DNA of 64,000 bases from Candidatus Bathyarchaeia archaeon. GTDB taxonomy: Archaea > Thermoproteota > Bathyarchaeia > Bathyarchaeales > Bathycorpusculaceae. The translations under genes were made by a program, and so were the position numbers. Positions within the stretch are counted from its first letter, which is position 1. The number at the start of each line of letters is the position of its first letter. The DNA lies in assembly GCA_038727135.1 (NCBI GenBank), contig JAVYWL010000002.1, positions 96,001 through 160,000 on the forward strand, given 5' to 3'. This document shows positions 57,951 to 64,000 of this stretch, one piece after another. The notes below the pieces were generated by a model. That model had not been told where the DNA came from, made no database searches, and saw only the letters and a list, made by a program, of their open reading frames with translations.

Positions 57951-58154
57951 TTATTCGCCTCCTTCTTTCCAGAAAATCCAGCTTTTGGAGGTTTTTTGTC
58001 CCTTGATTTTTCCTTCTATTAGCAGTTCAAGGCAGTGTTTTAGGGCTGTGTTCCAGTTTCCAATTTTGCAGGCTTTGCGGATTTTTTCTATGTCTGTTGG
58101 CTTCTTGTTTTTGCTAAGGAAGTCGTAAATTTTTTCTTTGTAGTTTGCGTCCAT
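57951..58154 (-). CDS. Small winged-HTH protein
   Basis: KIYDFL....TDIEKIRKAC..NWNTALKHCLELLIEGKI pattern; first gene of the leftward operon. Confidence 0.7.
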   Translation of the reverse strand: MDANYKEKIYDFLSKNKKPTDIEKIRKACKIGNWNTALKHCLELLIEGKIKGQKTSKSWIFWKEGGE

Positions 58155-58223
58155 TTTCTTTTCACGTTTGGAAAATCTTTAAGAAACGCTTAAAATGAAC
58201 TAAGTTTAGACAAGGTTTAGGCC

Positions 58224-58940
58224 ATGCTTGATAGAGAGCAAATTATTTTGGATGTTCTTAAGGATGGGGAGAAGCGTTGGAGAGAGCTTGTTCGCCTTCT
58301 TGTTAGTTCTGGTAAAATGTCGAAGGCTACGCTTTCCTTGAATTTAAAAAAGTTAGAGAAGGAAGGTAAGATTAGGCGCATTACGGATGAGTCTAAAAAG
58401 CCTCCGTTGGTTTTGTATGCGCTTTCCGTTTTTGAGTCGCTGTTAGAGCGGAAGCTTAGAGAAGTTGTTGAGGAGCTTAGACGCGAGTTCTTTTTTCTAA
58501 GAGAACCAACGGTTAAAGAAGTAGCTTTGAGGGTTGGGGAGCTTCCGGAAAAAGTTCGAGAAACGCTTTACAGTATTGCCCCAAAAATTGGTTGGAGGGA
58601 GCAAGAAAAGGATGAAGTAGAGAAAGAGGCTGAAGAAGCTATTAATTTGGCTGGGTGGCTTAAATGGCTTAAAAAAGGCGAACAAAACAGCGAGTTAGCT
58701 AAAATGGCTGAATATGCTTTACAAACGGCTTCTCGCCACACCATTGAGATGGCTGATAAGATTCTTAAAAACTTTCCAGAAATAGTTCCAGAAGCTTATC
58801 CCAGCAGCTCAGGTCCGCACCATTTTGTTGAGGCTGGGCTTGAATGGAATGATGAAACTTTGAAAGCATGGCGCCGTGTTTTCAAAAGCGATCCTCCCGC
58901 TCCTGGCTTGAGTGGATTTTGGATAGTTCCAAGAAGCTAA
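58224..58940 (+). CDS. Winged-HTH transcriptional regulator, divergent
   Basis: RWRELVR.....MSKATLSLNLKKLEKEGKI; second HTH-like EPTVKEVALRVG. Confidence 0.78.
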   Translation: MLDREQIILDVLKDGEKRWRELVRLLVSSGKMSKATLSLNLKKLEKEGKIRRITDESKKPPLVLYALSVFESLLERKLREVVEELRREFFFLREPTVKEVALRVGELPEKVRETLYSIAPKIGWREQEKDEVEKEAEEAINLAGWLKWLKKGEQNSELAKMAEYALQTASRHTIEMADKILKNFPEIVPEAYPSSSGPHHFVEAGLEWNDETLKAWRRVFKSDPPAPGLSGFWIVPRS

Positions 58941-58947
58941 TCCTTTT

Positions 58948-61900
58948 TTACGTGCCGAAGAATCTGTCTAATGAAACATTTTTATCTTCTTGAAGTTGTC
59001 TTTCTGGCTTTTTTGGTGGTTTTAGGCGTGGTTCTTCTTCGCCTTTTATGGCTTCTGGCGTGGCTTCTTCTGCCCTTTGAAGCCTTCTTTTCATCATTGT
59101 TTTAGCCATGATTTTTGCGGTTTTTGCCAGTTCCTTTGGCAGTTTGAGTATTCTCGTTATTTCCATGTCTATTTTCTCGATGACAGTGTCCCAGAGTTTT
59201 TCAATGTTTTCTGCTGTGTCTGCACCGCCCAGTTTTCGCGCTTCAGCCTCAAGCTCATCAAAAAGAGAAGCCAACAGCTCTACATCCTTCTGTTTTAGAG
59301 TTTTAACGTCTAAAATGGGCATTTCTTCAGCATGTTTGACTTCTAATGCTGCAACGCCCATTCCAGTTATGCGAGCATGAGACTCTATATATAATTGCGG
59401 AAAGCTTGAATTTAGATAAGACAATAATGCTTTTGTTTCATTTTCAGTTAATTCGATTTTTGGGATGAAGGTTATAATAGCGTGATATGTTACAACTGGA
59501 TGTTTAGTTAGGATAAACCTTGTTTTATATTGTGATTGATATATTGCCATTATTGGTGCTTTTTCTATTCCGCCGAGGTCATACCATCCATGAAAGAGGT
59601 CTTTCTTTTTTTCTCTTGCTTGGCATGCTAAGGCTTGGCTGCATATTTTTCCGCCGCCCCTTGTGCCTCTTATCATTGTTCGGCATTCTGTTTCTCCCCA
59701 TTTTATATAATCCAAAACGTTTTTGGGCAGTTTCTCGCGTGGTTCATGGCACATGAAAAAGTAGCATGGCGCGCCCTTCTTTTTCAGCTCTTCCCAGTCT
59801 TTTTTGGTGAAGGTGAACCACTTGGCATACCGCGCGCTCGTCAAGGCAGGATAAGCATAGTCTTTTAAGCCATAATGCTGAACCTTACTCTCATCCAAAT
59901 AAAAGAAATCCTTTGCTCCAACATCAGGTCTTTTACCATGCTTAATAGACCAAACAGACCAGAAGCAATTGCCACGGCTTGGCTCAAATAAGTCCCCCAA
60001 CCGAATAGTTCTACCTTTAAGCTTGTCTAAAATAGCATTTGCATCAAATAGAAGGTTTATCCATTTTTGGTCTTTGGGTATTTCCCTCTGCTTTAAAGCT
60101 CTGATTATGTAGCGTTCCTCGTATTTTTCTGGTTTTTCAATAGCCTCTAAAATCTCATCAACCTTGAATGCTTCTGTTTCCGCTATGTCTGCATACATGA
60201 AAACTGTTTGATTATCTTCGCGTTCTTTGTTGTTGCTACACTTTTCAAGTAATATGATGCATGTGCCAATTAACGGCACTGGAAAGACTCTGGCTGAAAT
60301 GTCGATTAAAGCCTTAACCTTAAAATGGTCCAAAAGGAAACGCCCAAAATCAACGCCATAATCCGTTTGAAGCCAACTATCAGAAACAATCATCCCAAGC
60401 CTTCCGCTTTCCCTAAGCATGTCGAAAGCATGCATAATGAAATGAATGTAAATGCCAGGCTCCACACCTCTCTGAACCTGAGCGGTCAAATTATATTCTG
60501 TAAGCAATCTTCCAATGGAATCTTTGATTGCTTCCCTTGTCTTTTCTGGAATTTCCGTCCACCGCGTGTAAGGCGGATTAGCAATCACAGCGTCAAACTT
60601 TGGAATAGCAATTTCACGCTTTATCTCCCCAGCCAAAGTCTTAACAACATAAGGCGAAACAACAGTCTGCTCAGCCTCAACCCTAAAGAAATCAGTATGA
60701 ATCGTGTTCACTTCCGTTGAAGGCGCCCTAATATAACGCGAAGCCAAATTCAAAGCAGTCAAATGCAACGGAAACGGGTTAATATCAAAAGCATAAAGCT
60801 GCCTCAAAATCTCCTTGTGCGCCCTTTCAGTAGGTTCTTTGTAACCTTTTAGCTCAAGTAAACGCTTATATGCCTTAACCAAAAACGTCCCAGAACCACA
60901 GCCAGGGTCCAGAACCTTGTCGTCTGGGCTTCTAACAGCCCATTTAGTAATTAATTCTGCTATGGCTGGCGGCGTATAAAACTGTCCAAGAGCATGCCTC
61001 TCAGCCGCTGGAATAAGCTCCTCATAAATAAAGCCGACAATATCCGAGCCTAAATCCTCAAGCCTATGATGCTCCATATCCTCAATAAACGCGTTAATGC
61101 CCTCAAGCACAAACGGGTCGTCTGGAAGCTCAATCTCATCATAAATCCCCGTGTAAAACACAGGCTCAAAATCGCCAGTAACCTCAACAGCCTTAGCAAA
61201 ATAACGATACAGCAAATCCAAATAGGCTTTAGCATCAGGCGCCGTAATGGGCTTAAGCTTACGTTCGCCCAACTCTTTGAAATGCCTCTCCAAAACCTTA
61301 TAAAAAACAATCTTATTCATGAAAACGTAAGCCATTTCCTTAGCCAACTGAGCCGCATCAGGCTTGTAGCCAACCTCTTCCGCAAACCTTTCGTATTGAG
61401 TCTTAAACTCCTCATCAGTCTTAAGCTTCTTACGAATTAATGGTTCAATAGCCTCCGAAAGCCATGTAACAAAATCTCTAAGCACAACAATAAAGGACCA
61501 GTCAAGCGGAGTAACAGCCACAGGAACCTGCCTATAAAGCCTTGCAACAGTAACAAGAATCTCCTCAGCAAACTCCTCATTAATTGTTATACGCTCTCGC
61601 ACCAAAATCCTATGAGTATCAAAGGAGAATTTCTCGCCAGCCTCAGGCCTTCTAAATAAAGCGAAAACCCTGCCATTAGTAGTGGCAAAATAAGGCGCGC
61701 CAGAATAAATAGCATACCACAAAGCCTGGTCAATTACAACTCTACTCGTGGGCATGATGTTGCGAACAGCCCTGTAATAGCCCTTCTCTTCATACTTCCG
61801 CTTAGTCTCAATAATCAAAAGCGGCTTTTTGCCCTCAGCCAAAATAACCGCCAAATCAGCCCTACGCCCATTAACAGGAAACTGCGTCTTAGGCTCATCA

Positions 61901-62019
61901 AACCTCACACCATCAACAGTAAAGCCCCTCTTCTCCAAAACACTAAAAATATAATGATGAAGCTTACTCTCGACTTCAGCTTCCCAACTCACTGAGCCTA
62001 ACCTCTTCAACCAAATCAA
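58948..62019 (-). CDS. Type IIG-like fused restriction endonuclease / N6-adenine methyltransferase
   Basis: N-terminal RADL...IETK and QALWYA nuclease motifs; GQFYTP, DPGCGSG, NPPY; C-terminal TRD-like region. Confidence 0.9.
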   Translation of the reverse strand: MIWLKRLGSVSWEAEVESKLHHYIFSVLEKRGFTVDGVRFDEPKTQFPVNGRRADLAVILAEGKKPLLIIETKRKYEEKGYYRAVRNIMPTSRVVIDQALWYAIYSGAPYFATTNGRVFALFRRPEAGEKFSFDTHRILVRERITINEEFAEEILVTVARLYRQVPVAVTPLDWSFIVVLRDFVTWLSEAIEPLIRKKLKTDEEFKTQYERFAEEVGYKPDAAQLAKEMAYVFMNKIVFYKVLERHFKELGERKLKPITAPDAKAYLDLLYRYFAKAVEVTGDFEPVFYTGIYDEIELPDDPFVLEGINAFIEDMEHHRLEDLGSDIVGFIYEELIPAAERHALGQFYTPPAIAELITKWAVRSPDDKVLDPGCGSGTFLVKAYKRLLELKGYKEPTERAHKEILRQLYAFDINPFPLHLTALNLASRYIRAPSTEVNTIHTDFFRVEAEQTVVSPYVVKTLAGEIKREIAIPKFDAVIANPPYTRWTEIPEKTREAIKDSIGRLLTEYNLTAQVQRGVEPGIYIHFIMHAFDMLRESGRLGMIVSDSWLQTDYGVDFGRFLLDHFKVKALIDISARVFPVPLIGTCIILLEKCSNNKEREDNQTVFMYADIAETEAFKVDEILEAIEKPEKYEERYIIRALKQREIPKDQKWINLLFDANAILDKLKGRTIRLGDLFEPSRGNCFWSVWSIKHGKRPDVGAKDFFYLDESKVQHYGLKDYAYPALTSARYAKWFTFTKKDWEELKKKGAPCYFFMCHEPREKLPKNVLDYIKWGETECRTMIRGTRGGGKICSQALACQAREKKKDLFHGWYDLGGIEKAPIMAIYQSQYKTRFILTKHPVVTYHAIITFIPKIELTENETKALLSYLNSSFPQLYIESHARITGMGVAALEVKHAEEMPILDVKTLKQKDVELLASLFDELEAEARKLGGADTAENIEKLWDTVIEKIDMEITRILKLPKELAKTAKIMAKTMMKRRLQRAEEATPEAIKGEEEPRLKPPKKPERQLQEDKNVSLDRFFGT

Positions 62020-62192
62020 CGCTTAGCCTTAGGTATAGTAAACTTTGACCTTGGCCCCTCATAAACATTAAACTTGGCCTTACATCTCTCACACTCAAAG
62101 CGATTAACCTTATAAAATCTGAACTTCCAAGTTTTCAGCGGCTTAGCCTTAAACTCACCGCCACACACCGGACATTTGACACTTTCACTCAA
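62016..62192 (-). CDS. Basic zinc-ribbon micro-protein (58 aa) coupled to the RM gene, not in ORF track
   Basis: Hand translation MSESVKCPVCGGEFKAKPLKTWKFRFYKVNRFECERCKAKFNVYEGPRSKFTIPKAKR; its TGA overlaps the TTG of the RM ORF. Confidence 0.75.
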   Translation of the reverse strand: MSESVKCPVCGGEFKAKPLKTWKFRFYKVNRFECERCKAKFNVYEGPRSKFTIPKAKR

Positions 62193-62323
62193 GACTCAAC
62201 CCTCGCCAATAATTGTTATTGGCAAGGCGTAAAAAAACTTTGCAAACAAAAAGGAAATAGTTTATATCTAAAGAATCAAATAGATATCCACAGAAATAAA
62301 GCAACAATTCAAGGTTGAATAAG

Positions 62324-62473
62324 ATGCCTAAATTCATGCAAACCTTAGACGAAGAAATCTACAAGCGGCTTGAACAAATAGCCAAACAACGCGGAATAAC
62401 AGTCCAAGAACTAATCAGAGCCGTCATAATCCCCGACTGGCTACAAAGCCAAAGGCACATAACAAAGGAGTGA
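62324..62473 (+). CDS. Ribbon-helix-helix (CopG-like) protein (49 aa), not in ORF track
   Basis: Hand translation MPKFMQTLDEEIYKRLEQIAKQRGITVQELIRAVIIPDWLQSQRHITKE; canonical RHH pattern; TTTATAT box upstream. Confidence 0.82.
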   Translation: MPKFMQTLDEEIYKRLEQIAKQRGITVQELIRAVIIPDWLQSQRHITKE

Positions 62474-62480
62474 CAAAACT

Positions 62481-63191
62481 ATGGAATCCGCATTAAAAGT
62501 TTATAGCCAAAGCTGGCGAGACCCAGAAAAAGCCTACAAAGAAAGACGCTTCACCATCCGCCAACAACTGCCAACCATGCCAGCTCATCAGCTCCAAAAC
62601 CGCATCAACAGCCTAAACGAAGAAATCGAAATCTTAAAAACCGAAATAAAAGAATGCGAGGAAGCCATCCGCCAACTAAAACATGGAAAAAAGTCAGAAA
62701 ACGCCTACCGCAAATTCAACATTCATCCATCCCTAACCGACACAACAAGCAACCTCATTGAAAAGTTTAAGGCTGAAATCAAATGGCGAAAACAAACAGC
62801 TAAATGGATTAGGCGGGAAAGAGCCATCTACCTCTGGGAACAAAGACTACGAAAAACAAAAGCCCTAAAACTCCCTATCCTTAAACACCAACAAAAAACT
62901 CTAAGCCAAAGGACCCTCGCCCTTCTCACGCAAATGAAGAGACATGCAGAAGAGCTGCAGAGCTTACATGAAGACTACCAGAAAACAGTCAGCCAATACC
63001 ACGCCCTGAAACAACAAATAAACCAGCTTGACTTCAATGGCCTAACCACCTATGAAAACGAAAGATGGGTGGAAACATCAATTTCAAGTGACCTTTTCCG
63101 AAAGCTGAACGAGGCTTTTAAGTGCATACCGGTGGACCGATGCTTTTCAAATGTAGAGGGGGGAGGGGTAGGTGAAAACGATAGGGGGTAG
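62481..63191 (+). CDS. Coiled-coil hypothetical protein
   Basis: 236 aa with heptad-rich segments; AGGAG SD within the RHH gene end. Confidence 0.7.
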   Translation: MESALKVYSQSWRDPEKAYKERRFTIRQQLPTMPAHQLQNRINSLNEEIEILKTEIKECEEAIRQLKHGKKSENAYRKFNIHPSLTDTTSNLIEKFKAEIKWRKQTAKWIRRERAIYLWEQRLRKTKALKLPILKHQQKTLSQRTLALLTQMKRHAEELQSLHEDYQKTVSQYHALKQQINQLDFNGLTTYENERWVETSISSDLFRKLNEAFKCIPVDRCFSNVEGGGVGENDRG

Positions 63192-63218
63192 GTATAGGTC
63201 AAATTTGAGGCGTAATTT

Positions 63219-63641
63219 ATGCCAAAAGGAAAGCCATGGACAATAGAAGAAGAAAAACAATTAAAGGACCTCGTCTTAAGAGCTTCAAGCCGACAGACAT
63301 AGCCGCCAAAATGGGCAAAACCAAAGACGCAGTTTTAAAGAAAATAGAAAGAATTGGATTAAAAGTAGTCCAACCGCAAAGCATAGGGTCGACTACTACC
63401 TCTGAACTAATGATGCCAAAAGAACTCCCAAGCGTAGAAGAAACCTAAAATTATTAGTTGCAGCCATAAACGCCCTACAAACCCCAAACCTAAGCAAGGC
63501 AGAAATCGCAAGACTACGCACAATGATAACAGCCGTAAAAACCTATAAGAGTTGCTCGCAGACTACATAAACTACCGCCAAATAGAAAACCGCCTACTCG
63601 AAATGGAACAGAAATACACGGAACTTGTAGCAAAAGTTTGA
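63219..63641 (+). pseudogene. Myb/GcrA-like HTH + helical protein broken by three -1 frameshifts
   Basis: Pieces MPKGKPWTIEEEKQLKDLV / KSFKPTDIAAKMGKTKDAVLKKIERIGL...LPSVEET / LKLLVAAINALQ...VKTYK / ELLADYINYRQIE...AKV-stop lie in successive frames. Confidence 0.7.
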
Positions 63642-63830
63642 TAAAAATGGACGATTACGCATCAGCAACCACAATTTACTAGTTTGAGCCAAAAATCTTC
63701 AACCTCGCTACTGCGTATTAAACGAAACAGAACTGCGCTTTAGATTTTGTCAAGTAAAAACAAACATCTTAAAGCACTAAAGGAGTAAAGTAAATATTGT
63801 GAATATTAATTCTATATCAGATACCTTATT

Positions 63831-64000
63831 ATGGGCGTAAAAAGAAAATCAAAAAATGCCAAAAAAGTGATGAGTATGAGCCAGAAAACAAAAGAAGAAT
63901 ACGTTGAATTTCTAAATCTGCTTAGGATTTTCATTTCGATGTTAAGAGAAAACGGAAACTTAATTACAAAAATGGGTGAAATAGAGAAGAAATATCCAAA
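63831..64000 (+). CDS. Partial hypothetical ORF running off the window end
   Basis: Open frame from ATG at 63831 (alternative ATG at 63870): ...MSQKTKEEYVEFLNLLRIFISMLRENG... Confidence 0.5.
   Translation, partial: MGVKRKSKNAKKVMSMSQKTKEEYVEFLNLLRIFISMLRENGNLITKMGEIEKKYP

Larger units (their letters stand above)
54263..64000. mobile_element. Integrated plasmid/provirus/satellite-like element at tRNA-Leu (right end not seen)
   Basis: Integrase ends 38 nt from the tRNA 3' end; followed by D5 helicase, HTH/RHH regulators and RM cargo; no housekeeping genes; no second att copy found in the window. Confidence 0.85.

Noticed and set aside
1-64000. CRISPR array, rRNA genes, IS transposases
   Set aside because: No regularly spaced 24-40 bp repeats, rRNA signatures or transposase motifs seen.
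54263-64000. Second att copy of the tRNA-Leu 3' end
   Set aside because: No match to GGTTCAAATCCCACCCCCCGCA found by eye; probably beyond the window.

Overview
Archaeal chromosome segment from a thermophile. Reverse gyrase, rpl14e, rpl35ae, TIP49, TrmY, LonB, intron-containing tRNAs and the overall protein style suggest a TACK archaeon, most likely Bathyarchaeia; this is inferred, not searched. Bases 1-54262 are mostly housekeeping and metabolic genes: corrinoid activator RACo, a WOR4-like tungsten oxidoreductase with a ferredoxin subunit, tdh-kbl, peptidases, dtxR-feoAB, purA and thiL. They also hold six tRNAs (Phe, Ser with intron, Pro, Thr-CGT, Thr-GGT with intron, Leu). From tRNA-Leu (54262) to the window end lies an integrated element with a tyrosine integrase, a primase-less D5/SF3 helicase, a divergent wHTH pair, a Type IIG restriction-modification gene and small regulators. 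Main points: (1) cbf5 is split by a 21-nt BHB mRNA intron inside the catalytic Asp codon, and a competing perfect hairpin covers its 3' splice site. (2) An uncharacterised APC permease / calcineurin-like phosphoesterase / Pol-beta-type nucleotidyltransferase module sits next to tRNA-Ser. (3) A ~900-bp intergenic region carries long-range inverted repeats. (4) Several Cys4 micro-proteins are missing from the ORF track. (5) AC-rich to GT-rich skew switches recur at tRNA loci regardless of gene orientation. (6) Three genes are broken by single-base homopolymer indels that may be sequencing errors. All calls come from motif reading by eye; no database searches were run.
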